A stretch of DNA of 64,000 bases from Octopus vulgaris (taxonomy: Eukaryota). Location: the NCBI GenBank assembly GCA_951406725.2, contig OX597817.1:78244001-78308000 (forward strand), read 5' to 3'. How positions within the stretch are numbered: the first letter of the stretch is position 1; the number at the start of each line of letters is the position of its first letter. Under the pieces are notes generated by a model that was given only the letters and a program-made list of their open reading frames with translations, did not search any database and was not told the DNA's origin. Of the stretch, positions 27,931 through 41,198 are shown piece after piece. Both the position numbers and the translations under genes were made by a program.

Positions 27931-28170
27931 AGTGTGTGTGAGTGTGTGTATAATCTATGTGTGTGCGTGATTGTGTTCCCCCCATTGCTTGACAATGTTG
28001 GTGTGTTTACATCCCTGTAACCTAGCAGTTCAGCAAAAGAGACTGATAGAATAAGTACTAGGCTTACAAAGAATTAAGTTCTGGGGTTGATTACTTCAAA
28101 TAGGACCCTTCAAGGTGGTGCTACACCAAGGCCACAGTCAAATGACTCAAACAAGTTAAAGAATAAAAGA
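27313..28170 (+). mobile_element. SINE family A with an internal duplication and a nested insertion
   Basis: cacctcaggcaagtgtc occurs at ~27383 and ~27593; an AT-rich insert at 27700-27900 lies in the (TA)n. Confidence 0.8.
27815..27900. repeat. Near-perfect palindrome (41-bp arms, 4-nt loop, 1 mismatch)
   Basis: taaattagagataaaaccactattaggcaaatcaaacagtg tttt cactgtttgatttgcctaacagtggttttatctctaattta. Confidence 0.95.
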
Positions 28171-28615
28171 AAGATAATCACTCAATATGCCAGAAATAAC
28201 AGCCAAATGTTTCTGAGACATGACTTCAGAGTCTTAGAAAAAAAGATCACATTGCATAATATGGACCTAGAACCTCCATGTGCAAGACAGGATGGTCATA
28301 ACTGAAATGCTTTTGGTCATAAGTCAGAGCTAACCTTGGGCTACAGAGAAACAAATAACAACAACAGCAACAATATGAAACCTGAACAACTGTGCTAGTT
28401 GGCCCTAGCACCTCCCCTCATCTCTCTCTCTCTCTCTCTCACTCTCTTCCTTTCTCTTTCTCTCTCTCATATAGGCTGCCACAGTTTCAATTTTCTTGGC
28501 ATTGAATTACACAATAGTTTGCCCTACAGAAGGTATTAAATGTCAGACAGCAAGCAGCATGAAGGTTCCTCCACAGTAGTAGTAGTCGTCGTAGTAGTAG
28601 TAGTAGTAGTAGTAG

Positions 28616-28650
<35 letters not shown>

Positions 28651-28896
28651 GGTGGTGGTGGTGGTGGTGGTGGTGGTGGAAGTGGTGGTATTGGTGGCAG
28701 TAGTTGTGGCGTTGGTGGTGGTCGTATTGGTGGGGGTGGTGATAGTTATAGTAGTAGTATTTGTAGTAGTAGTAGTAGTGGTGGTAGTAGTACAACGATC
28801 GTGAAAGTAGTAGGATTGGTGAAAGTAGTTGTAATAGTAGTAGTAGCAGTGGTTCTGGTGGAGGTGGTGGTCGTGCTGTTGGATCTGTTGGTGTTG

Positions 28897-28936
<40 letters not shown>

Positions 28937-29453
28937 AAGTAGTAGTAGAAGCAGCAGCAGCAGCAGCAGCAGTAGTAGTGGTGATGGTGGTGGTGGTCGT
29001 CGTGGTCGTGGTTGTGGTCGTGGTTGTAGTAGTAGTAATAGTAGTAGAGGCAGCGATGAGGCTGGAAGGGTAGTTTGTAAAAGCAAGGATGACATTGGTA
29101 TGAATGGAGGAAGGGTGATGATCAAGAAATGCAACAATTTGGCAAAGTTGTTTTAAGTAACTATCAAAATGCTTTGTAGCATTTGTTTCAACTCCTAATG
29201 TTCTTGGTTCAAATCTCACCAAGAAACAACTTTACCTTTTATCCTTCTGGGGTTGATAAACTGAATTACTCATGAAGAGGTAGCAGATTGGCAGAATTGC
29301 TAGATAAGGGTACAGAGTACTTTTCTATATACAGGCACAGGCGTGGTTATATGTTAAAAAGCTTGCTTCCAGACCTCATGGTTCCAGGTTCAGTTCCACT
29401 GCATGGCACCTTGAGCAAGTGTCTTCTACTATAGCCTCAAGCCAACCAAAGCT

Positions 29454-29810
29454 GTATAAGCGAAGAATAAAGAGTTTTGAATAGTACAACAATGCACTAT
29501 GATACAGACAATGGGCTATATACAGCTGCAGTTGTGCCGGGTGAAATGAGTCATCCATTAGTCTGATATGATATTTCTCTTTGGAATAATATTCCTTCTT
29601 TAGCAGTGACTCCATCTAAGAATATCTGAAGAAGGAATATTATTCCTTTAATGATCATCTGATCGAGAATATCAGACTATGGATGACTAAATTACAACAG
29701 GTATATAGCCCATTGTCTGTATTATAATGCATTGTTGTACTATTCAAAACTTTTTATTCTTTACAAACAATACACAGTGATTCATGTGAACTGTAATACT
29801 CTCCTTTCTA
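29454..29810. mobile_element. Foldback insertion (imperfect inverted repeat 29463-29761)
   Basis: aagaataaagagttttgaatagtacaacaatgcactatgatacagacaatgggctatatac pairs with 29701-29761; inner blocks also pair; CTGAAGA plus a hairpin at 29626. Confidence 0.8.
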
Positions 29811-29851
29811 AGTGAATTTCATAGATGGAAACTAAAAGAAGCTCACCTTAC

Positions 29852-29891
<40 letters not shown>

Positions 29892-29953
29892 AATTAAACT
29901 GATTAGAACTACCAGGGAAGTCATTCTTTTTCTTTTTTCAAATGTATATATTT

Positions 29954-29987
<34 letters not shown>

Positions 29988-30142
29988 AAATTAATAATAA
30001 AATATTAGGGAATAAATCCAAACTTACAGGGAAAAATCAGATTTAGGATTGAATCCAATTTTATAGTAAAATATTATATTATATTAAATTATTATATATA
30101 TTATTTATATCTTAAAAATATTGATTATATTTTAGATATTTA

Positions 30143-30211
30143 AACCACCTGATGAATGACTGTAACTTGAAAATTTAAAGAAATTAACAGCCATGAAATG
30201 ATCGTAGTGTT
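30143..30211 (+). ncRNA. Minimal type I hammerhead ribozyme motif
   Basis: cac CTGATGA atgactgt...acagccat GAAA tgatcg TA gtg: helix I, helix II (1 mismatch), near-palindromic helix III, GUA cleavage triplet. Confidence 0.7.
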
Positions 30212-30271
30212 ATATTAATTATATTTTTTAAATAATTTTGTTATATATTTAAATAATATAAATTAAATAAT

Positions 30272-30367
<96 letters not shown>

Positions 30368-31155
30368 TATGTATGTATGTATCTATGTGCGTGTGTCTGT
30401 ATTTCTGTATTTGTCTCCCCATCACCACTTGACAACTGGTGTTGGTGTGTTTACATCCCTGTAATGTAGCGGTTCAGCAAAAGAGACTGATAGAATAATT
30501 ACTAGGCTTAAAAAATAAGTCCTGGAGTCAATTTGTTGGACTAAAATCCTTCAAGGTGACACTCCAGCATGGCAGCAGTCAAATGTCTGAAACAAATAAA
30601 AGAATAAAAGAATATCTATTCCAGTAATTTACATTCTGTGTTCAAATCCTACCAGGTTTCACTTCGCCTTTCATTCTCCTGCAAATGATGAAATAAAGTA
30701 TTTATCTTTTATTTACTAAATTCTGTAAATAAAATGTAAACTAAATCAATTTAAGAGAATTATCAATAGAAATTCACTGAGAAATCGCTATATAATTACA
30801 AAGGTTGTTGAATTAAGAATTATTCAGAGTACAGGGTGGTCCGAAAGCCTTGTCATTATTGTTTTTTCATTTTCTTCTTTTCTTTTTTTTTTTTTACTTG
30901 TTTCAGACATTTGACTGCAGCCATGCTAGAGCACTGACCTTTAGTCAAACAAATCGACCACAGGACTTTGTCCTTGTAAGCCTAGTACTTATTCTATCAG
31001 CCTCTTTTGCCGAACAACTAAGTTACAGGAATGTAAACAAACCAACATTGGTTGTCAAGTGATGGTGGCTGGAAACAGACATACATACACACACACATAA
31101 ATACATACATGCATACAGACATATATACATACATATATATATATATATATGAACA

Positions 31156-31320
31156 GGCGCAAGAGTGGCTGTGTGGTAAGTAGCTTGCTTACCAACCACA
31201 TGGTTCTGGGTTCAGTCCCACTGCGTGGCACCTTGGGCAAGTGTCTTCTAGTAGAGCCTCGGGCAGGCCAAAGCCTTGTGAGTGGATTTGGTAGATACAA
31301 TCTGAAAGAAGCCCGTCGTA

Positions 31321-31371
<51 letters not shown>

Positions 31372-31545
31372 CTAGACAACCGATGCTGGTGTGTTTACGT
31401 CCCTGTAACTTAGCAGTTCGGCAAAAGAGACTGATAGAATAAGTACTAGGCTTACAAAGAATAAGTCGTGGGGTTGATTTGCTCAACAAAAGGCGGTGCT
31501 CCAGCATAGCTGCAGTCAAATCACTGAAACTAGTATAAAAAGAAA
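31156..31545 (+). mobile_element. SINE family A, with an inverted 3'-half copy at 30890-31090
   Basis: Family similarity; the two copies point away from each other. Confidence 0.9.
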
Positions 31546-32206
31546 AAATGAGAGAAAGAGAGCCTTCATTGGTTTTTGACCCTTACTGGTATCTCATCAG
31601 AGATGTATACAACATTTGACCAATTCTAGAGAAGCAAGTACTCAGTCCATGTATATACACATCAGTTCTAGCATTGAGTTTCTGTTTACCAAATTCACTC
31701 ACAAGGCTCTGGTCAGTCTTAGGTTATATAAGAATTCACTTGTCCAAGGTGCCCTACAGTGCGACTGAACCAAGAACCATGTGGTTGGGGAGCGAGCACC
31801 TATTCAACACAATAATCAGAATGCTAAAAGATTAAGGAGGTTGGTGCATAATTTGAGATAAATTTGGCTGTTATTTCTTACATTTCAAACAACCATGCTG
31901 AGGGTCTCTTGCTAACAGTGTTAGAAGTACTGGTATAGGTGTTGACATCTGTGGTGATATAGAGTAGCAAATAGTAACATAAGTAGTGATGGTGGTGATA
32001 GTGGTGGTCTTGGTGATGTTGGTGGTGGTGGTGGTAGTAATGATGGTGATGATAAAGATGATGACAGCTGTTTATGTTGACAATTAATAACATCAGTGGT
32101 GATGGTGGTGATGATGGTGGTGATATAGGTGATGACAGCAGTGGTGATGTGGTTTGTAGTGGTGGTAGTGGTGGTAGTGGTGGTGGTGATGATGACTGTT
32201 CCAGTA

Positions 32207-32298
32207 CAGTGGTTCCCAACCTTTTCACTATCAAGGACCCCTTTTATTTAAATGCATTTTCCCATGGACCCCTTTTAATATGCTTATCCTTATGTATT

Positions 32299-32361
<63 letters not shown>

Positions 32362-32804
32362 AAATCCATTCTGTCTGTCTGTGTGTGTGTCTTCTAGGAT
32401 CTTGGGCATCCTCCATCCGATTGCACTCAAATTTGATATGTAGATACCGACGGTATCAGGGCGTGTATAAGTCTTGAAAAAATTACAAAAATCAATTCCA
32501 GGTGAGAATGCGATCGATAAAGCATTCTTTGGAATAGAAAAAAGGTCTATCTTTATTTCTTCTTTTGCTGTGTCTGAAATTTAGATTAAATCAGTATTTC
32601 TCAAAGGGGAGGCCTATGGGACGGTTGGACAAGTTGTTTTGAGAAAATTTGGTTTAAATGTTTGACAACTCAGCACCGTCCATTGGACAGGGGGCGTTTT
32701 GCTCATTCGTATATATATATGAAATTTTGAATTTAGTTCACGGACCTCCAGTACTACTTTTGCAGACCACCAGATGTCCATGGACCACAGGTTGGGAACC
32801 TCTG
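32207..32804. mobile_element. hAT (Charlie-like) MITE with a nested insertion
   Basis: TIRs cagtggttcccaacc / ggttgggaacctctg; degenerate 8-bp TSD ttccagta / ttctagag. Confidence 0.8.
32350..32712 (+). mobile_element. Possible non-autonomous Helitron/Helentron-type element
   Basis: tatataaaat start, (CTGT)n, ccgattgcactcaaatttg and a GC-rich 3' hairpin (ccgtcc att ggacagg), set in (TA)n with no TSD. Confidence 0.4.
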
Positions 32805-33108
32805 TTCTAGAGCCAAGCACAATTATTAATATACTATCTGGCCCAGTGCCGTTAAAAATGACAGCTAATTGTAGTATTTTATACATGAATATGGATGGTA
32901 AATCAAATTAATAGACATATCAATGTTATCTAGTGGTTGTCTTTTGAGATGTGACATCAATCATCATTTGTTACTGAAAGAACGCTGGTTCATACATACA
33001 AACCTTCCTCTTGTCTTGTACACACACACACACACATACTCACACAGAGTTGAAATGCTGTTTGACTTTTCTTTTCAGCATTGAATGTTCACCATCTCAC
33101 TTCCATTG

Positions 33109-33144
<36 letters not shown>

Positions 33145-34304
33145 AATGTTCACATACCTCCCTTTTACATACACAGAGTTGAAACACTCCCACTACCAGT
33201 TTGCATCACCCCTTCCTTCCCTATTCATCTATCACCCTTTCCTTTCTCATTCATATGTTGAGACCTAGAAAAACACAAGAGTATCATTATAGTAGATTTA
33301 GTGATGGATGTCAGGGAAACCCCACTCCACATTCCTGCTTAACCGGTATTTGAGGGGTACAAGGTTCGATTCTCTGTAGCTGCCTGATGGCTTCTTTTTT
33401 GATAAGGCAGTGAGATGCCAGAATCATTAGCACATGGGTTAAAATGCTTAGCAACATTTTGTCCATCTTTAGGTTCTGAGTTCAAATGCTGCCAAGGTCG
33501 ACTTTGCCATTCATCCTTTCAGGGTTGATAAAATAAGTACCAGTTAAGCACTGGGGTTGATTTATCTGACTTAGCCTCTCCCCATTGAAATCACTGGCTT
33601 TGTGTCAAAATTTGAAATCTGTATACTTAGTGATAGTAGAGGCAGTTGTTGTGGAGGTGGTATGAGGAATGTTGGCAGTAGCAAGTAGATAGTAGTGTTA
33701 CCCCATCGCCACCATCATCACTACCACTACCATTATCACCCCCACCATTACTACCACCACCACCACCACCATCAAGACCCCTGCCACCAGCATTACACTC
33801 CACACACACCACTACCACCACCACCACCGACACGACCACCACCATCATTACCCCCACACCAAGACCACCACCACCACCACCACCACCATTACACTCCACA
33901 CACACCACTACCACAATTACTACCACAACTACCACCACCATCACCACCACCACCACCACCATTACCCCCACATCAAGACCACCACCACCACTATTACTCC
34001 CACACCACTACCACAACCACTACCACCATCAATGCCAACACCACAACCATTACCATCACCATTACCCCCCACTCACACACACACCACTACCACCACCAAC
34101 ACCAACACCAGTACTGACTATCTTGTCTTTGATTTCAGACTGTATAGGTGCTATTTTCCATTCCCATTTTTTTCATAAAGACTGTAAGATATGATTTGAG
34201 ATACATTTAGCTACTATTTCTAGCAGGCAAGTCATACGACCTCCAAGTTCACCAACACCATTGCCATCATAACTGTGATATTCCTATTGGTGATAGTGTA
34301 TGTA

Positions 34305-34373
<69 letters not shown>

Positions 34374-36059
34374 ATTTATATCTATATATATGTGTATATA
34401 TGTATATATGTATGTGTGTATGTATATGAATATGTGTGTGTGTATGTATGCTTGTTTGTATGTATGTATATTTGTGCATAACCATATGCAATGCATGTGT
34501 GTATACACATGTGTATGCATATATGTGTGAGTATATATATATGTGTGTGTATATTTGTGAGTGTAAAGGTATTTAGAGATTGTATATATATATATATGTG
34601 GGTGCATATAAGGTAAGATATATGCATATAATTTTGAGTATTTATGAAAGAATGTATGTTAGTGCATTGCTGTATTTGATAGTCTGTGAAGGTGCTAATG
34701 AGTATATATACTTCAGAATGTATATCAGTTACTGTGTGTATAAACAGGGGTCTTCGTGCATGTAAATCAAAATATTTGTGTACATGTGTGTGTATGAGTG
34801 TGCATGTGTTTGTGTGTGTGTGTATGTTTGTGTATCTGTGTGTTTATGTGTGTATGTGTGTTTGTGTTTGTGTGTGTGTGCAGTCTTGCATGAATGTGTA
34901 AACGTGTACTAATTCACCAGCATATCTGTAATACATTTCCAGGATCCAGTGAGGGTATTTCTATAGAGGGAGTCACACAATCTGCTAGAAATAACAACCA
35001 AATCATTCTCAAATCATGACTTATTCATCATAACAAGACAATATAGTCATCCCTGATAGGTGCAAAAACAGGATAGCCATAACTGGATTGCCTTTGATCA
35101 TAGATTCTGCTCTATTATGGTTGATGTGAGTCAGGATATACATATCTTTTATCCTTTATGTTTTAATTGTCCAAAGCACATGGTTACAAAGTGGTCTCTG
35201 CTTCCATACAGCTGTGCCTGTTCCTATGTTATGAAGAACTTATAAATTTTATATTATATTTATTGGTTTCAAGGGTAAGCTGATTATATCAACTCCAGTG
35301 CTCAACTGGTACTTATTTTACGACCCCAAAAGGATGAAAGGCAAAGTCAGCTTAGGCAGAATTTGAACTCAGAATGTAAAAATGGATAAAATTCATCTAA
35401 GCATTTTGTCCAGAGTAGCAATGATTCTGCCAGCTCACTGCCTTACATGACAATGAGGAGTCCCTTAACCCCTTAGGGGTCATTGGGGCACTGCAACCAT
35501 GCAGTATATTTAGGGTGAGAAAGCCCATCCCTCTCATTTCTACAGCTGAGTGGACTGGAGCAATGTAAAATGAAGTGTTTTGCTCAAGAACACAATGCAT
35601 CGTCTGGTCCAGGTATTGAAACCAGAATCTTACGGTCATGAATCCAACAGCCTAACCACTAAGTGACGTGCCTCCACTAGTGGTACTCATTTCTACAGCT
35701 GAGTGAACTGGAGCAGCATGGAATGAAGTGTATTGGTTAGGAACACAACACATCGCCTGGTCTTGGAATCGAAACCACAATCTTACAATCATGAGCCCAA
35801 CACCCTAACCACTAAGCCACACACCTCCACTGCCTAACCTAATATTTACTAAGGAATAACTTCCACATAAGACAGATGTGTTGTAATCACAGAGAGGACA
35901 ACATCTTCTTAGATTTATCTGAACTTCCATAACAGAGATTAGGAAAATTACAGGTTACCCGCTCAGATGTAGCAATATTTGAGCAGTAACCTGCACTAAG
36001 TATTGAATACAAGGAAGAAGGAGACGTCTTTTAATTTTTTTTGTTTGTTTGTTAAATTA

Positions 36060-36483
36060 GGCGTAGGAGTGACTGTGTGGCAAGTAGCTTGCTTACCAAC
36101 CACATGGTTCTGGGTTCAGTCCCACTGCGTGGCACCCTGGGCAAGTGTCTTCTACTATAGCCTTGGGCCGACCAAAGCCTTGTGAGTGGATTTGGTAGAC
36201 GGAAACTGAAAGAAGCCTGTCGTATATATGTATATATATATGTATATGTATTTGTGTGTATGTTTGTGTGTCTGTGTTTGTTTCTGCCCGCCCCCAACAT
36301 CGCTTGACAACCGATGCTGGTGTGTTTACATCCCCGTAACTTGGCAGTTCGGCAAAAGAGACCAATAGAATAAGTACTAGGCTGACAAATAATAAGTCCT
36401 GGCGTCGATTTGCTCGAATAAAAGGTGGTGCTCCTGCATGGCCACAGTCAAATGACTGAAACAAGTAAAAGAGTAAAAGAGTA
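36060..36483 (+). mobile_element. SINE family A, well-preserved full-length copy
   Basis: A and B boxes, retained CpGs, (aaagagta)2 tail. Confidence 0.93.
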
Positions 36484-37714
36484 AATTGGTAACAATTCCA
36501 AGTGAATGAACTAATCCTGACAGTCATTGGTATTACTATCATGTGCATTTCGCCAAGAAAAATTTCAGAAAGTAATGAAAATGAATTGTTTGGTACCCTA
36601 CAGTGCTCTATACTTCATGCCATTTAACTTGAAGTACAAGATTATTCATTGCTTAACTTCTAAATCCACTTTTGCTAGCACCAATAATGGTAATATCTGT
36701 TAGGATTTGTATAACTTATGAGTCTTCAACTTGTAAACAGATGATGATTTCATTAATAATTTTACATAATTGCACTGGATAACACACAGTGAACTAAATG
36801 AACTTGCTTCATTAGAGATTTGGAAGTGCTGATGTATAAGGAAGAATTATTTGCCTCCAAGACTTCAGCAGTACACAAGTCTTAGAGATGAAAACATTAA
36901 TGTAATTTTTTTTTTTTTTTTGAAATTGATAAAGATAGTTATTGTTTTATAAAAAGAAGCCATCGAGTGAACAGTATTGATGGACTGATGGCAGAATTTG
37001 TGAATTTGGGGAGAAAAGGAAAAACAAAATTCCTTTTAAAAAAAGAAAAATAAAGAAACAAAGAAGAGGTTGTATTCATCGATTCAATAAAAGTGAGTCC
37101 AAATCGAAGAAAAAAAAAATGTTGCCATTCTTTGAGTTGGTTATTCAAATATCCATTCTAAATGAAAGAAACTTGTAGCAACTGGAAAAAATAATTCTCA
37201 CTGCATAAAATCCAAAAAATATTAGTAACAGTGATGGCAGTGGTGGTGGTGGTGGTGGTGGTGATGGTGGTGTTGGTGATGATGGCGGTGAGTTCACTTA
37301 AAACGTTTGATACGATCTGGATTGACTGAAGATGGTCATCACTCTTTATTAATCAATTTTCATGTAATTCCAATAACAGAGTGATAATAATTGATAATTG
37401 ATAATAGATCAAGAGGAATTGATTATTGAGACACTCATTGATACCAGTAATGAAAGGATATTTATTGTAATACATTTGTTGAAAAGAGAAACATTATTTT
37501 AACTTGCACACATACATATCTGATAAGAATTTATAGAAATTTGAGTCAATATGGGAGTCTATATAAAGACACTTGACATGTTAGAAATGACAGCTATATA
37601 CTACTGAAATTTACTCTTTAATCATTGAAAAACATAAACACAATGGACGTCATAATTTAGATTATTTACATTATTTACATTTGATGGATATCTGTCCTCA
37701 TCTTGTTTGTTGTT

Positions 37715-37757
37715 AACATGTTTCGGCTGATATACTCTCCAGCCTTCATCAGGTGTC
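37715..37757 (-). ncRNA. Hammerhead-like motif (left arm)
   Basis: gacac CTGATGA a ggctg gagagtatat cagcc GAAA catgtt. Confidence 0.6.
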
Positions 37758-38008
37758 TTGGGGAAATTTCGAATCTGGGTTCTCATTCCTAAGGTATTTT
37801 TCGATGTTGTTGTTGTTGTTGTTGTCACTGTCGTCGTCGTTGTTGTTGTTGTTGTTGTTCAGGTCACTGCTTAGAATCGAACTCAGAATCTTGAGGTTAG
37901 TAGAATAATAATAATAATAATAATTATAATAATTATAATAACAACAATAACAACAACAACATCGAAAAATACCTTAGGAATGAGAACCCAGGTTCGAAAT
38001 TTCCCCAA

Positions 38009-38051
38009 GACACCTGATGAAGGCTGGAGGGTACATCAGCCGAAACGTGTT
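38009..38051 (+). ncRNA. Hammerhead-like motif (right arm)
   Basis: gacac CTGATGA a ggctg gagggtacat cagcc GAAA c gtgtt. Helix I gacac/gtgtt forms, but no UH cleavage site separates it from GAAAC. Confidence 0.6.
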
Positions 38052-38443
38052 AACAACAAACAAGATGAGGACAAATATCCATCAATTGTAAATAATGTAA
38101 ATAATGTACATAATTCCTCATCTCTTAAATATAGAACTGTGTCATAATTTAGATAGGCAAGACGTGATGGTCATGACTGGAATGCATTTTATCAATGGTT
38201 TGCATTCTTCTTTGGATGGAAAAAGGAAACTTACCTGATGAAATAAAAACATGACTTTACTTTTTTTCCCTATACTGTTATATTATAGAGGCAAACCTGA
38301 TTCTATTAATGTATTTCATTTGTGACTGACTGACAAGAATGATACTTAGGTAACAATTTGTTATGTAGCTACTTGAAACATGCATATTAAATGCATTGGA
38401 AATTTCAAATATCAATAATTAGTTTTGTGATAATTTTCTAATA

Positions 38444-38897
38444 GGTGTAGGAGTAGCTGTGTGGTAAGCAGCTTGCTTACCAGCCACATGGTTCTGGGTT
38501 CAGTCCCACTGTGTGGCACCTTGGGCAAGTGTCTTCTACTGTTGCTTTGGGCTGACCAAAGCCTTGTGAGTAGATTTGGTAGACGGAAACTGAAAGAAGC
38601 CCATCGTATATATGTATATATCTATCTATCTATCTATATATATATATTTATATACATATATATGTGTGTGTGTGTGTGTATACATTTGTGTGTCTGTGTT
38701 TGTCCCTCCAACATCGCTTGACAACTGATGCTGGTGTGTTTACGTCCCTGTAACTTCACAGTTTGGCAAAAGACACCAATAAAATAAGTACCAGGCTGAC
38801 AAAGAATAAGTCCTGGGGTTGATTTCCTTCACTAAAGGCAGTGCTCCAGTATGGCCACAGTCAACTGACTGAAACAAGTAAAAGAGTAAAAGAGTAA
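38444..38897 (+). mobile_element. SINE family A
   Basis: Family similarity. Confidence 0.9.
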
Positions 38898-39189
38898 TAT
38901 GTGTGTGTGTGAGAGAGAGAGAGAGTATACAGAAAAAGAGAGAGGAGAGGGAGAAAGATGGGTGGAATGTAGGGGAGAGGGATGAAAAAGGTGAGGGAGA
39001 GAATATGTGGGCTACATTGAATTGAAGATGATTGAGATTGAACACGGTTAAAATTGTGATCTTTCATAAATGGCAAGAAAATCTCTTTTATCTTTCCATT
39101 CATCAATTTTTTTCAACAACCACCAACCACCCACCCACCTATGAATCAGTCAATCATTCTATCAATCAACGACGTTATCTATCTATCTA

Positions 39190-39223
<34 letters not shown>

Positions 39224-39278
39224 TATACATACATACATATACACACACATACACACACACACACACATATATGTATAT

Positions 39279-39495
39279 AGGTACATGGTTTAGTGCTTAG
39301 GGTGTCAGCATCATGATTGTAAGATTGTGGTTTCCATTCCTGGACTGGGCGATGCAGTGTGTTCTTGAGCAAAACACTTCATTTCATGTTGCTCAAGTCC
39401 ACTCAGCTGGCAAAAACGAGTAACGCTGCGATGGACTGGTGTCCTGTCCAGCTGGGGAACACTCATGCCATTGAAACTGGGAAACTGGGTGCATT
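39279..39495 (+). mobile_element. SINE family C, followed directly by a family D copy (39505-39697)
   Basis: Reverse complement of 10245-10495. Confidence 0.88.
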
Positions 39496-39701
39496 TATTT
39501 ATTTAAATATCTGTGCTGGTGGCACGTAAAAAGCACACACTACACTCACGGAGTGGTTGGCATTATGAAGGGCATCCAGCTGTAGAAACATTGCCAGATC
39601 AGACTGGGCCTGGTGCAGCCTTCTGGCTTCCCAGACCCCAGTTGAACCGTCCAACCCATGCTAGCATGGAAAGTAGACGCTAAACGATGATGATGGTATT
39701 G

Positions 39702-39737
<36 letters not shown>

Positions 39738-40041
39738 CTCTATCTCTATGAGAATTCTCAGATTAGCTACTATAATGAAATACATGAATGCTTTAATGAG
39801 TATTCAAGACATTCTACTTCTAATGAATGAGGTCAAAACATGAAGACGGACACCAATGAAACATTTACAAATTTTCTGGTCGCTTCTAAACAAGATAGGC
39901 TTGATATTTTAAGAGCATTTCTTGCCATGCTTCATAAGGATATGCTTTCAGAAAGTGTGAAGTTCTTGTCACTCATTTCTCCTCTCTCTCTCCCTCTTTC
40001 TCTTTCTCTCACATTCCGTCTTTTCTCCCCTTTTCTCTGTG

Positions 40042-40072
<31 letters not shown>

Positions 40073-40604
40073 GTCATTCTTATGTTTCCCTTTAAATTCA
40101 AGGAATGTCTCCACAAGGTTTAAAACTTAAAACATTTCAGGAATGTATTTTTGCTTTTAATTACTCTGTGTAAACAGAATGCTTTCAAGATTCTAGTCGT
40201 TTATTATTTATCTGTTTATTTATTTATTTATTTATTTATATTGTTGTTTATTTCATTTATTAATATGATTATTTGTTTGCTTTATTTTTTATTTTAGGAT
40301 TAATATCTTTCTGTACACTTGGACTTGTAATAATAACAACAGCAACAACTACAGCGAAACTGTTAGCATTATAGCAGCTGTGACATGATAAAAAGCTTTA
40401 ACATTAAGTAGCTATATGGTATGTCACATTATGGTGATCTGGGGGTGTCACGTTGAATAATGGTTAAAGTAGCAAAATGAACTGTTCTTTGATTTTTATA
40501 CAGTATTCTTACATACATGTGTGTAAGAATGTGCAGAAGAGTAAATTTTGTGTAATAAAACATGCATGAAAGAAGATATAAAGATATAAAACATGAATGA
40601 ATTA

Positions 40605-40686
<82 letters not shown>

Positions 40687-40799
40687 ATACTAATACTGCT
40701 GCTGGTGTTGTTAAGCAACAAGACAGGTAAGGGTGATTAGGTGATGGTCTAGGGCTTAAGGGTGGGAGACCCCCCGGACCTTGGAAAAAAAAACTTTGG

Positions 40800-40913
40800 T
40801 CATCTTGTTGTAGTCGAGGGCTCTTCGTTGACGCCCAACACCACTGGGAGGTGGCCCTCGAAGTCACTGGAAATGGCGATCTCCAGGTCCAAATTCTTGA
40901 ATGGCTGCTGCAG
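40800..40913 (-). CDS. Probable terminal coding exon of an unidentified gene (LQQPFKNLDLEIAISSDFEGHLPVVLGVNEEPSTTTR*)
   Basis: Strong acceptor (tatttctcactttcacattccatttcccAG), high GC3 codons, retained CpGs in an AT-rich context, TGA at 40802-40800, AATAAA-rich region downstream. No family recognised. Confidence 0.55.
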   Translation of the reverse strand: MQQPFKNLDLEIAISSDFEGHLPVVLGVNEEPSTTTR

Positions 40914-40980
40914 CTGGGAAATGGAATGTGAAAGTGAGAAATAGATAAGGGTGCCAAAGATATACATGCATATATATATA

Positions 40981-41198
40981 TGAAAAAACAAGTCAGGATA
41001 GAAAATGCTAAACTAATTTTATAAAAAACATTTCAGTACCGGTTTCAGTCATTGAGACTTTTTCAACTGTAACAGTTAAATAATTAAATTTAGAAAAATT
41101 AAAAGGAAAGTGTTTTTAAAAGAATATTTGTATAGTGTTCAAATATTAGTGGCATTTTCCTTGTTTCTGCCTGTCTCTGTCTCTCTTGTTTACTCTTG

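Larger units (their letters stand above)
29333..30610 (+). mobile_element. SINE family A split by two nested insertions
   Basis: Head to ccaaagct (29453), resumes at agtgaattt (29811), tail 30400-30610. Confidence 0.8.
37663..38140. mobile_element. tRNA-headed, hammerhead-bearing insertion with a large inversion and a 14-bp TSD
   Basis: TSD gtcataatttagat at 37649-37662 and 38141-38154. Arms 37661-37825 and 37940-38105 are reverse complements. The minus strand of 37860-37903 reads ctactaacctcaagattctgaGTTCGATTCtaagcagtgacc (tRNA 3' half/B box). Confidence 0.9.

Noticed and set aside
38235-38262. CTGATGA on the plus strand as a hammerhead core
   Set aside because: No helix II or downstream GAAA-helix III-UH.
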